From a virus (taxonomy: Duplodnaviria > Heunggongvirae > Uroviricota > Caudoviricetes), in the IMG/VR virus record IMGVR_UViG_2534681833_000007, positions 1-11,529 of that record: a stretch of 11,529 nt of DNA; one strand, written 5' to 3'. Below are positions 1 to 7,994 of this stretch, piece after piece (position 1 is the stretch's first letter; each line of letters starts with the position of its first letter). The position numbers and the translations under genes were made by a program. The notes under the pieces are model-generated. The model ran no database searches. It was not told the origin of the DNA and saw only the letters and a list, made by a program, of their open reading frames with translations.

Positions 1-904
1 ACAGCGCCCATTTGTCCACATCCGCCGCACCAAGACGTTTACCCATGCCGTAGCGCGGGTGGGTCAGCATATCCCACAGACACCAGGCCATGTTATTGCT
101 GTATGCCGGTTTAAACGTTCCGTCCCAGATACCGCTGTATTGCCGCGTCTGCGGGTTATAGTTCGACGGCACCTGCAGAATACGCCCGCGCAGATGATAA
201 TTACGGCTCACCTGCTGGCTGCCGAACTGCTCCGAATCCACCTGCACGCCGACCAGTGCCGTATTCGGGTAGCACTGTTTCACATCGATGATTTCGGTGT
301 ATGACGACCAGAGCGTTTTGTTCTGCAGCTGGTCTGTGGTGCTGTCCGGCGTCATCCTGCGCATCCGGATATTAAACGGGCGCGGCGGCAGGTTATCCAC
401 CACCACCGAGGCCAGATACTGCGAGGTGGTTTTGCCCTTAATGGTGATGTCTTTTTCCGTCACCCAGCCACCGTTACGTTGTATCTGAACCAGCAGGCGG
501 ACTTCCGATGGATTCCTGTCCCCCTTTGAGGTGGTTTCCACCAGTGCCTGCACACCGAAGGTAAAGCGCAGACGGTCGATGTTTGCCGACGTGATGGTGC
601 GGGTGATCGGCGTGTCATATTTCACTTCCGTACCCAGCACCGTCTCGGAGCCGGAGGATTCAAATCCCTCCGGCGGTGTCTGCTCCTGCTCGCCTGCCCG
701 GAACACCACCGTGACGCCGGAGATATTGGTATTCCCCTCGCTGTCCAGCACCGGCGTACTGTTCAGCAGCACGCTTTTTAATCCATCCACCGGACCTTCA
801 ACCGGACCTTCGCTGATGGCATCAATCACACTCAGCAACTGCGTGGACTTCAGGTTGTCCTTCGCTTCGCGCGGGGTATGCCCCTTACTGCTGCCTTTAC
901 CCAT
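1..904 (-). CDS. J: Host specificity / central tail fibre protein J (lambda gpJ-like), N-terminal 301 codons; 3' end lies beyond window start
   Basis: Minus-strand ATG at 904..902 (plus-strand 'cat'), translation MGKGSSKGHTPREAKDNLKSTQLLSVIDAISEGPVEGPVDGLKS... stays open to position 1 and matches my recollection of the lambda gpJ N-terminus almost residue for residue. GAGGA immediately upstream of the ATG. Not in the ORF track because no stop falls inside the window. Confidence 0.9.
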   Translation of the reverse strand, partial: MGKGSSKGHTPREAKDNLKSTQLLSVIDAISEGPVEGPVDGLKSVLLNSTPVLDSEGNTNISGVTVVFRAGEQEQTPPEGFESSGSETVLGTEVKYDTPITRTITSANIDRLRFTFGVQALVETTSKGDRNPSEVRLLVQIQRNGGWVTEKDITIKGKTTSQYLASVVVDNLPPRPFNIRMRRMTPDSTTDQLQNKTLWSSYTEIIDVKQCYPNTALVGVQVDSEQFGSQQVSRNYHLRGRILQVPSNYNPQTRQYSGIWDGTFKPAYSNNMAWCLWDMLTHPRYGMGKRLGAADVDKWAL

Positions 905-925
905 TCCTCACGCTCCATAAACGAC

Positions 926-946
926 AAAACCGCCCGGAGGCGGTTT
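926..946 (-). terminator. Terminator-like hairpin in the I-J intergenic gap (8-bp stem AAACCGCC/GGCGGTTT, 4-nt loop, then U-rich UUUUGUCGUUU on the minus-strand RNA)
   Basis: Perfect inverted repeat 927-934 / 939-946 seen directly in the sequence, between the I stop (965-967) and the J start (904). Function not demonstrated. Confidence 0.35.
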
Positions 947-964
947 CACATAAAACATTTTTCA

Positions 965-1612
965 TCAGCGACCAATCACCACAACCTGACCACCATCACC
1001 TTCATCTGCCGTGCTGATCTCCTGAGATACCACCCGCGACCCCACACGCATTTCACCGTACAGAACGGGCAGAACATTGCCCTGGGCAACCATGTTATCC
1101 AGTGACGAGAAATACGTGTTCTGTTTGCCGTTATCTGTACTGGCTGCCGTGGGCGTCCTGGCTTTCGGTGCCAGCATCTGCGCCACACCACCCAGGATCA
1201 TACTGGCCCCTGCTGCATACATACCCGATACAGCCGCGGCCCCTAGCCAGCCCACAGGGTTCCACCATGCCACCGCAATCAGCGCCGCACCCAGCACCGC
1301 CTGAAACACACCGCCACTTTTGGCCCCCTCCAGACGCGGAACGATGTGGATCACGGCACCATTTGCCAGCGGCTCATTAAGACGGGCAGACAATTCGGTT
1401 TCACCTGCATCACGCCCGGCAATCCGTACCTGATACCAGCCGTCACTCAGTTTCTGACGAAACGCCGGGATCTGCATGGCCAGCGCCCGGATGGCTTCGG
1501 CCCCCGTTTTCACACGAAGGTCGATGCGGCGGCCAAATCGTTGTAAATTCCCGTAAAGGCAGATGCGTGCCATGCCCGGTGACGCCAGAGGGAGTGTGTG
1601 CGTCGCTGCCAT
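965..1612 (-). CDS. I: Tail assembly protein I (lambda gpI-like)
   Basis: 215-aa ORF starting MAATHTLPLASPGMARICLYG... and ending ...GDGGQVVVIGR, matching recalled lambda gpI. ATG at 1612. Overlaps the 3' end of K by about 100 nt, as in lambda. Confidence 0.9.
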   Translation of the reverse strand: MAATHTLPLASPGMARICLYGNLQRFGRRIDLRVKTGAEAIRALAMQIPAFRQKLSDGWYQVRIAGRDAGETELSARLNEPLANGAVIHIVPRLEGAKSGGVFQAVLGAALIAVAWWNPVGWLGAAAVSGMYAAGASMILGGVAQMLAPKARTPTAASTDNGKQNTYFSSLDNMVAQGNVLPVLYGEMRVGSRVVSQEISTADEGDGGQVVVIGR

Positions 1613-2253
1613 TTGTCGGTATACCTCTCTCGTTTGCTCAGTTGTTCAGGAATATGGTGCAGCAGCTCGCCGTCGCCGCAGTAAATGGCGGCATGATTCG
1701 GCACCGATGAACCAAAACAGCACAGCAGCACATCGCCCGGCTGCGCCTCTGTCAGTGCGACACGGTAAAAACTAGTCGCCTCCATATTGTCAAGATAGAG
1801 ATTCTGGCCGTTACGCCACCAGTCATCCCCGCGATAAAAATCCGGCATCTCAATTTCCGCCAGATGGTATGCATCCCGGAACAGCGTGTAACAGTCCGTC
1901 ACCCCGTGCTCAAAGCGCCGCCCGGTAAGATGTGGCACACAGCGGAACTTGTGAATCGCCCCCCGGCAGACCAGCCACCACGGCAAATCACTCTGCACCT
2001 GCAGCCGCCTGTCGACCTCACTCAGCCAGGGCAGACCACCGGGGTGGCTGTGGACCAGTGCCACAACCTCCCCCTGCATCTCTGCCTGCAGCCAGTCCTC
2101 CGGCGACATCCGGAAATACGCCTCCGGCTCACCGGAGATATTCACGCAGGGAAAATATCTGTCCCCCTCCGGCGTTCTCACCACGAAGCCGCACGACTCC
2201 GCTGGCGCACATGGCCGGGCGTGCGCCAGAATCGCTGATTCTGTCTCTGTCAT
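1510..2253 (-). CDS. K: Tail tip assembly protein K (lambda gpK-like; MPN/JAMM plus NlpC/P60 domains)
   Basis: In-frame ATG at 2253, 5 nt after the L stop, gives 247 aa beginning MTETESAILAHARPCAPAESCGF... JAMM signature HSHPGGLPWLSEVD present; later Cys/His consistent with NlpC/P60. The track ORF (start 2328) begins at a GTG inside L and is probably too long; an internal ATG at 2109 would give the shorter 199-aa form. Confidence 0.85.
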   Translation of the reverse strand: MTETESAILAHARPCAPAESCGFVVRTPEGDRYFPCVNISGEPEAYFRMSPEDWLQAEMQGEVVALVHSHPGGLPWLSEVDRRLQVQSDLPWWLVCRGAIHKFRCVPHLTGRRFEHGVTDCYTLFRDAYHLAEIEMPDFYRGDDWWRNGQNLYLDNMEATSFYRVALTEAQPGDVLLCCFGSSVPNHAAIYCGDGELLHHIPEQLSKRERYTDKWQRRTHSLWRHRAWHASAFTGIYNDLAAASTFV

Positions 2254-2257
2254 GGGT

Positions 2258-2956
2258 TTACTGCGAAAGTTTGTTAATGGAAAGGTAGCCGCCAAAATTG
2301 CCGACGTTATTGCGGAACTTGCAACCACTCAGGCATTTGCTGCATTTATCCTTCGTGATATCGGACGTTGGCTGGTCATATTCATCCGCGACCGCCGGGC
2401 CATCATAACCGCACTCATCGCCGCGGTAGATCCAGGTGCAGGTGTTGGCCAGCATGATGCGCCCCGGAAAAACAGCACCATCCGTTTCCGTCGGTGTGGA
2501 CAGCACAAAAGAGGCACTGACCGCGCTCAGTTCGCTGCACTGTTCGATGCGCCAGCGGCTGATCACCTCCTGCTCCGGATCGGCGTCACTGTTTCCGTTG
2601 ACGAAGTTCACCGCATCCAGAAAACGGGCGTAAACCTTACGCCGGACCACCGTTCCGCCGACCAGACTCTGCAGATCTTCCGCCATCCCGGTGACCATGC
2701 CGTACAGATTAGAGACTTTAAGCGTTGGCCTTGCACTGGCTCCTTTGCCGTTCATCTCAAATCCGCTTCCCTGAATGGGATAAGCCTGATACTGCCGCCC
2801 CTGCCAGGTGACTGGTTCACCTTTTTCGTTCTGCTCATTACAGAAGAAATAACGATCTCCGCCGACTTCTGTCAGATCAATTTCCCAGAGCACGACCAGC
2901 GCGGATTGCTCCGTTTTAGTGCACTCATTGAGTGTTTCCTGCTGTATATCCTGCAT
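2258..2956 (-). CDS. L: Minor tail protein L (lambda gpL-like)
   Basis: 232-aa ORF MQDIQQETLNECTKTEQSALVVLWEIDLTEVGG...FGGYLSINKLSQ, near-identical to recalled lambda gpL. Its ATG (2956..2954) overlaps the M stop as TGATG. Confidence 0.92.
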   Translation of the reverse strand: MQDIQQETLNECTKTEQSALVVLWEIDLTEVGGDRYFFCNEQNEKGEPVTWQGRQYQAYPIQGSGFEMNGKGASARPTLKVSNLYGMVTGMAEDLQSLVGGTVVRRKVYARFLDAVNFVNGNSDADPEQEVISRWRIEQCSELSAVSASFVLSTPTETDGAVFPGRIMLANTCTWIYRGDECGYDGPAVADEYDQPTSDITKDKCSKCLSGCKFRNNVGNFGGYLSINKLSQ

Positions 2957-3312
2957 CAGTGAGTGACCTCTTCAAAGGTACAGTTAAAATCGGTATACAT
3001 GGTATTATCCGAAATGCTCCACTCCCTGCAGACAACCCGGACAGTCCTGTTGTGTTTTGGCGGACGCCACAAAAAAGCACGAATCCCGGCATGACGGGAT
3101 AAAAAACTGTCCAGCGCGGCACGGGAATATTCATCTGTGACACGAAATACCGGTTTAAACGTTTTCAGATCCGCATTCAGACCACCAGCCCGTCGCTGTT
3201 CATATCCGTCACCAAACTTTACCGTAATAACTGATGGCTTTCGTGTCGTCTCCATCCCCTCACGGGGGATCCAGTTAAAAACTTCAGGCTCAGGCACTGT
3301 ACAATCCTCCAT
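2956..3312 (-). CDS. M: Minor tail protein M (divergent lambda gpM homologue)
   Basis: Conserved core ...KFGDGY...AGLNA.LKT...SFL...FLW.PP... aligns with recalled lambda gpM at roughly 35-40 percent identity. Start placed at ATG 3312 (118 aa) because the lambda N-terminus (KTFRWKVKPGMD) aligns with EVFNWIPREGME upstream of the alternative ATG at 3255. The track start at 3342 is a TTG. Confidence 0.75.
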   Translation of the reverse strand: MEDCTVPEPEVFNWIPREGMETTRKPSVITVKFGDGYEQRRAGGLNADLKTFKPVFRVTDEYSRAALDSFLSRHAGIRAFLWRPPKHNRTVRVVCREWSISDNTMYTDFNCTFEEVTH

Positions 3313-6300
3313 CCCGACGCGATGACTGCATAATTGACACAACCCTGCTGTCGATCAGATCCACCAGTCCCCTGGCTGAGCGCGCATCTATCTCGCCATT
3401 GCTCCCTTGATTCTGAATGCTGATGTGATACACGGGAGAATAAACAAATCCACCGCCACCATTCACATTTCCAATGGCCCTGACCCCAAGAGAGCCGTCC
3501 GCTGCCCGTGTCAGTGGCATGATTGCTTCAGGCCCGGCCTCGCCCATCAACCCGGCACCTTTCGCAAAAGCAAAATACGTCGGTGTATCCACAATAGTGT
3601 TACTGTAAGCACTCAGATTTGCCGATGTGTAAACACCACCTTTTGCGTTTGCCACTGCCCCCGAAATCCATCCGCCGACCGTACCAAGCCACCCTCCGGC
3701 ACCGGAGAGTGATTTCAGTCCGTTAACAATGGCTGCATTCATCAGAATTTTTGAAACTTCCCGGAGAACTGAACTCCCCCAGTTCCTCCAGTCCACAACA
3801 TTCCCGGCCAGTGCATCGGAAATATTTGATACCAGCCCGTCCATCGTGGAAACGACAGCATCTGCCGCCTGTGAAGCATAATCGGTGGCACTGTCTGCCC
3901 AGTTGGTCAGTCCCTCCTGGAGTCCGGCATTCCAGTTATTACGTAAAGCATCGGCCTTTGCATAATAATCCTGCTGATCGCTGAGACGCTCTTCCAGATA
4001 TTTTTTATTCAGTTCTTTCTCCTGTTTCCACAGAGCTTCTTCAATTTCTCCGGCCTGATACTGTCTCAGCAGCTCGTTATTTTTCTGCTCAAACGCCTGC
4101 CGGATACTCCACATTTCCTGGAGTCGTTCACGCATCCGTGAGCCTTCACCATATCCCAGCAACTGCGCTTCGTCAGATGCCCGGGCACTGGCATTACTGT
4201 CCGCCAGACTGCTCTCATACGCAGCAAGCTGCTCACGAATCTTTTTCTGGTCGATGAGTGCTGCATTCTGCAAAAGCGTTTTTTTCTGCGCTTCTGACAG
4301 GGTTGATAATTCGCCCTGACTGACCTGATATTTCATCTTAGCCAGTTCAGTATTCTGCCCTGCCAGTGCTATTTGTTCTTTTTGCTGTTTAATCAGCCGT
4401 TTATAAATATCTTCTGTTTTTTCCGCTTCGGTCTTTTTATGCGCTTTGGGTTTATTTGCCTGGTTATTTCGCCAGGCATCCAGTGAGTTATTGATATAAT
4501 TCTGTCTGGCTGTCTGATACGCCTCTCCCACAAAGCCGAGATCATCCGCAGCATAACCCAGGCGGGCACGCTCACGGGCTTCCCCCTTCAGGCGGGACAG
4601 AGCCAGTTCGCGCTCACTGTTATTCAGTGCGGCCTGCTGTTTATCATCCAGGGTTGCCTGTGGTAGCCGTAACGGTACATTCACCAGCCCCTGTCGCTGC
4701 TGAAGTAATTCATTACCGAGCCCGAGAAGGCGATTAAACTCGGTATGCTGCCCATTCATGATCAACAGGGACTGATACGCTTTGTTTTGTTCCGCGGCCT
4801 GTTGACGGATCAACGCCACCCGTCGCTCCTCCAGCCCGGCAAGCACATCCTGAATGGATTGCGCTTTGCCCTGCATTTGTGTGAGACGGGACTGTTCAAC
4901 TGCCAGTTGATTTGTTGCTTCTGCAAGCCCTTCTGTGACAGTTTTTACCGACGTCATGTGGTTAATCATAAAACCGTTATCGGTTGTCCAGCCCGGGTTT
5001 GCCAGCACATACTGATAGCCAGCAATTTTTTCCTGTAAGGATTTAATCTTACTTTTCTGCTCGTCAATTAACCTGTTTTGCTCATCAAGTGCCTGCCGCG
5101 TCTTTTCCTCATTATCTGACGCTTCAGGAAGCGACATTGCCGACGTTTTCTGGCGAATTTCGTCGATTGTTGCGGCATACTGGCGTGCAGATTCTCTGGC
5201 CTGCTCCTGATTCTGATACATCGTGTACCAGGCCGTCGCCCCCAGCATGACGAGTCCCGGCACACCACCAACCAACCCCAGCGCACCACTTAACAGACGA
5301 CTCCCCACTGACGTGACAGTATTCAGCGTTGTCTGTGCCGCTGTTCTGGCCGCAATATTACGGGTAAGTGACGCCTGGGCAGCTGTCAGCTTCGCTTCTG
5401 CTGCGGCCTGCCTTTCGGTACCGCGAGCAGCAACAACCGCCTGTTGCGCACGATAAACCGCCGCACGCGCCCTGGCGGTTGCTATCTGTGTCCCCCGAAG
5501 TTGCGCTTCAGCAAGAGCCACTTCTTTTCTGGCTGCAGTAATTAATCCGGCAGTTGCAGATCCAGCAGACGACGCCATATTGCCAAAATATCGGGCTACC
5601 CCGACGGCAACCAGTGCGCCAGCTGCAGCAGCCACGGTATCCATATTGTCTGCAACACCATTCAACACCCCGGTGAGTGTCTTTGTCACTCCGCTTGCCT
5701 CGTTCGCACCACCAACCCAGGCCATAAAGGCGTTTTCAACTTTGGTTGCAGAGGATGAAACAGTATCAGGCATTGCTGCATATTCATCACGCAACGCCCC
5801 AAGCTGACTAATCAGTGCAGGAACAACCTTATCGGCGGTCAGTTTTCCGTTATCCGCCATGGCCTTCAGATCCTTACGGGCAACACCCATTCCCGCAGCC
5901 AGCGCACGAATAACACGATCGCCGTTCTCATTCACAGAGTTAAATTCTTCACCGCGCAGCACTCCCTGCGCCAGTGCCTGACTGAACTGCGTGATCACCG
6001 AACTGGCTTCTGCTGTACTGGCACCGGATAATTTCAGGCCCGTAGAGATCGCCTCGGTGACTTTCAGTACCTCCTCAGAACTGTAGCCATACTCCCGCAT
6101 GGAAGCTGCAGAGCGGGCAAAAAGGCTGGCGTTATCAGAAAACGCCGTTCCCGTTCTCTGGCTGATTGCCATTAATTCACGTTGTGATACCTGAAAATCA
6201 TCACTGGACTGTGAAGCCTGCTTCAGACGGGCATTTACTGAATTCCACTCATCGGCGAGAGAAATAAGATGACCGGTAGCAAAAGCTCCGGCAAATGCCC

Positions 6301-6523
6301 CCGCCATATTCAGTGCCGAAGATTTAGCTATATTTATCTGATCCGTCACTTCTGCCAGTGCACGCCGCATTTCACGGGATGCAGCAGCGGACTGCCGGCC
6401 TCCGTTCTGCATGGTACGGTAGTAATCCTGCCCCATACGCGAAGCCCGGGAGATCTCTGACTGGAATGACCGGGAATTTGCCGAGATTTTAATAATCAGT
6501 TCACGTAATGTCGCCACACTCAT
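3290..6523 (-). CDS. Tail tape measure protein (1077 aa)
   Basis: Very long ORF placed between the chaperone pair and M; Ala/Gln-rich helical central region typical of tape measure proteins, Gly-rich hydrophobic C-terminal segment. ATG at 6523 preceded by GGAGA. Longer than lambda gpH (853 aa as I recall) and not obviously co-linear with it. Confidence 0.9.
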   Translation of the reverse strand: MSVATLRELIIKISANSRSFQSEISRASRMGQDYYRTMQNGGRQSAAASREMRRALAEVTDQINIAKSSALNMAGAFAGAFATGHLISLADEWNSVNARLKQASQSSDDFQVSQRELMAISQRTGTAFSDNASLFARSAASMREYGYSSEEVLKVTEAISTGLKLSGASTAEASSVITQFSQALAQGVLRGEEFNSVNENGDRVIRALAAGMGVARKDLKAMADNGKLTADKVVPALISQLGALRDEYAAMPDTVSSSATKVENAFMAWVGGANEASGVTKTLTGVLNGVADNMDTVAAAAGALVAVGVARYFGNMASSAGSATAGLITAARKEVALAEAQLRGTQIATARARAAVYRAQQAVVAARGTERQAAAEAKLTAAQASLTRNIAARTAAQTTLNTVTSVGSRLLSGALGLVGGVPGLVMLGATAWYTMYQNQEQARESARQYAATIDEIRQKTSAMSLPEASDNEEKTRQALDEQNRLIDEQKSKIKSLQEKIAGYQYVLANPGWTTDNGFMINHMTSVKTVTEGLAEATNQLAVEQSRLTQMQGKAQSIQDVLAGLEERRVALIRQQAAEQNKAYQSLLIMNGQHTEFNRLLGLGNELLQQRQGLVNVPLRLPQATLDDKQQAALNNSERELALSRLKGEARERARLGYAADDLGFVGEAYQTARQNYINNSLDAWRNNQANKPKAHKKTEAEKTEDIYKRLIKQQKEQIALAGQNTELAKMKYQVSQGELSTLSEAQKKTLLQNAALIDQKKIREQLAAYESSLADSNASARASDEAQLLGYGEGSRMRERLQEMWSIRQAFEQKNNELLRQYQAGEIEEALWKQEKELNKKYLEERLSDQQDYYAKADALRNNWNAGLQEGLTNWADSATDYASQAADAVVSTMDGLVSNISDALAGNVVDWRNWGSSVLREVSKILMNAAIVNGLKSLSGAGGWLGTVGGWISGAVANAKGGVYTSANLSAYSNTIVDTPTYFAFAKGAGLMGEAGPEAIMPLTRAADGSLGVRAIGNVNGGGGFVYSPVYHISIQNQGSNGEIDARSARGLVDLIDSRVVSIMQSSRRDGGLYSA

Positions 6524-6533
6524 TCTCCGGACG

Positions 6534-6554
6534 AAAAAAACCGCCGAAGCGGTT
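6534..6554 (-). terminator. Terminator-like hairpin just upstream of the tape measure start (stem AACCGC/GCGGUU, UUCG loop, then U5 on the minus-strand RNA)
   Basis: Inverted repeat 6539-6544 / 6549-6554 with loop 6545-6548 and a 7-A run at 6534-6540 on the plus strand, lying in the 40-nt gap between the T stop (6563) and the tape measure ATG (6523). Confidence 0.3.
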
Positions 6555-6562
6555 ATGTTGAC

Positions 6563-7236
6563 TCACTGAGACACTATTAAAAGCGCGTTTTCCAGTCCGG
6601 CAAATGGATCTGAGACGCCTTCTGTCTGCTCTTGTTCCCACTGAAGAAGCGCATCATTCAGTGGGACTTTGACACCCTGCGCACCGTAAACCGCAGAAAC
6701 TATCTGGGCAGCCCGGATATCAGCCCGCTCGTCACCCAGCGGGCTGAACCTGTCAAATTCTGCCCACATCATGATTTCTGATGCGGACATTTCCCGGCGT
6801 AACTCTGACAATGTGCGCCCCATCCTGAGCGCCAGCATCATCAGAAAACGCATCCCCGGAAGCGCTACTTTTTTTTAACCTCGCCGGCATCACTGATCAG
6901 TTCCAGAGACTGCCGAAGAAGCCGCGCATGCACCGGGCCATACACGGCAATCACCTGTTCACGATCATCCTCTGAAAATACAGGTTGCAGTCCGGTATCA
7001 CACAGAACATCAATGAATAGTTCAACATCTGCCTCCAGATTTCGGCGGGCGCGCTCCGCAACGGATAACGGTGTCTCATCATCTTTTGCTTTAACGATCT
7101 CCTGCCAGCGCAACCAGGCTTCTGCAGAAGGTTCCCGTAATACAACCGTTGCCCCTTCCCATTCAGGCACATCAACAGTTTTATGGCGAAACCCCGACAT
7201 CGTTGCCAGTGCCAGATTGCGGATATTTTTAGTCAT
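6563..7236 (-). CDS. Tail assembly chaperone G-T fusion, made by -1 programmed ribosomal frameshift near the 3' end of G
   Basis: The 6563-6853 ORF (T part) is in the -1 frame relative to G (codon phase checked: G codons start at coordinate 1 mod 3, T codons at 2 mod 3). G ends ...GAG GTT AAA AAA AAG TAG, so a slip on A AAA AAG reads on as ...KK-VALPG-MRFLMMLAL... This is the conserved G/GT arrangement found immediately upstream of tape measure genes. Confidence 0.75.
6865..7236 (-). CDS. Tail assembly chaperone (lambda gpG-equivalent)
   Basis: ORF directly upstream of the tape measure gene, ending in the slippery site. Start chosen at ATG 7236 (GAGGAT about 7 nt upstream); an alternative ATG at 7251 overlaps the major tail protein stop (TAATG) and would add MRIDV. 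Confidence 0.8.
   Translation of the reverse strand: MTKNIRNLALATMSGFRHKTVDVPEWEGATVVLREPSAEAWLRWQEIVKAKDDETPLSVAERARRNLEADVELFIDVLCDTGLQPVFSEDDREQVIAVYGPVHARLLRQSLELISDAGEVKKK
6868..6874 (-). promoter_or_regulatory. -1 frameshift slippery heptamer A AAA AAG (G to G-T)
   Basis: Plus-strand C + T8 run at 6868-6876; on the minus strand the heptamer is in X XXY YYZ phase with the G frame, and the G stop TAG follows immediately. Confidence 0.7.
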
Positions 7237-7250
7237 CACATCTATCCTCA

Positions 7251-7955
7251 TTAACTGACGGTAACAGTGCAGGAAGTGGAGGTCACCTTGTTAACAGGGC
7301 TTGCTGAATCAGAAATCTCGCAGGTATACGCACCGGCATCACCTGATGCTGCTGATGCCTTACTGAATGTTGCCGCCGTCTGTCCGGAAACAGGAGAACT
7401 ACCTTTCTTCCAGACATAAGAATAAGGCGGCACACCACCGGCAGCCTCAACCACCATTTCGAGTTTCGCTCCGGCAGAAACCTGCAGCGTGCTGTTTAAA
7501 TCGACCTTCACTTTCAGCGGCTCTGTCGTCAGCACAGGTTTACCTTTCAGGCGCAGGGAAAACGTTGCAGCCACAACACCATTAGTTCCTGCAGACCAGG
7601 TATGCTGACGCACCTCTGCCATAAAGGTAAATCCGTTGCCTGACGGAAAAATAACTTTAAAGCCATACGTGGTGTCATTGTCATAGGCACTGCGCAACGC
7701 GTTCTGGGCAGCATTGAGGTAAAAGTTGCCTGACATGGAAATCTCTGACGCGGCACCAAGGCCGTTAATATTTTCCTGCTCAACAGAACACAGCGTGGTG
7801 ACATCAATATCCTGCTTTTGTCCTGCGGTAAACTGCACCTCTTTGATTGTACAGCTCAGGCCAAGATAGCTGGCAGAATCCAGGGTTTCTGCTGTTACCG
7901 GTGCAGACGAAATCATAATTTTCGTCAGTTGCGAACGCTCAAAATTAGAGGACAT
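7251..7955 (-). CDS. Major tail (tube) protein with C-terminal Ig-like domain
   Basis: Sits in the position of lambda V (after the terminator-like gene, before the chaperone pair). 234 aa from ATG 7955 with AGGAGA 6 nt upstream. C-terminal ~90 aa (...GGVPPYSYVWKKGSS...GAYTCEISD...CTVTVS) has an Ig-fold-like pattern. Not recognisably lambda gpV by sequence. The track start at 8006 reads through the hairpin and U-tract and is probably wrong. Confidence 0.8.
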   Translation of the reverse strand: MSSNFERSQLTKIMISSAPVTAETLDSASYLGLSCTIKEVQFTAGQKQDIDVTTLCSVEQENINGLGAASEISMSGNFYLNAAQNALRSAYDNDTTYGFKVIFPSGNGFTFMAEVRQHTWSAGTNGVVAATFSLRLKGKPVLTTEPLKVKVDLNSTLQVSAGAKLEMVVEAAGGVPPYSYVWKKGSSPVSGQTAATFSKASAASGDAGAYTCEISDSASPVNKVTSTSCTVTVS

Positions 7956-7969
7956 ACTCGTCTCCTGAA

Positions 7970-7994
7970 AATAAAAAACCCGCCAGCGGCGGGT
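7970..7994 (-). terminator. Intrinsic-terminator-like hairpin upstream of the major tail protein gene (stem CCCGCC/GGCGGG, then UUUUUUAUUUU on the minus-strand RNA)
   Basis: All-GC 6-bp stem 7979-7984 / 7988-7993 (one further A-U pair 7978/7994), 3-nt loop, followed on the minus strand by a U-run (plus-strand A-run 7971-7978). Lies between the upstream gene stop (8015) and the RBS/ATG at 7955. Confidence 0.4.

Noticed and set aside
789-812. Tandem 12-bp repeat ACCGGACCTTCA / ACCGGACCTTCG
   Set aside because: Lies inside J and encodes the protein-level repeat EGPVEGPV; a coding repeat, not a CRISPR or regulatory array.
531-920. 129-aa plus-strand ORF (and similar plus-strand ORFs at 59-304, 288-488, 878-1105)
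   Set aside because: Antisense to the lambda-like J and I genes, whose minus-strand translations match known proteins; long antisense ORFs are expected in GC-rich coding DNA.
2252-2962. 236-aa plus-strand ORF, plus other plus-strand ORFs across 1077-6460
   Set aside because: Antisense to L, K, I, M and the tape measure gene, all of which have strong minus-strand homology support; no RBS or operon logic.
6563-6853. T ORF as an independently initiated gene
   Set aside because: It is in the -1 frame immediately after a slippery heptamer at the end of G and has no convincing RBS; better explained as the frameshift extension.
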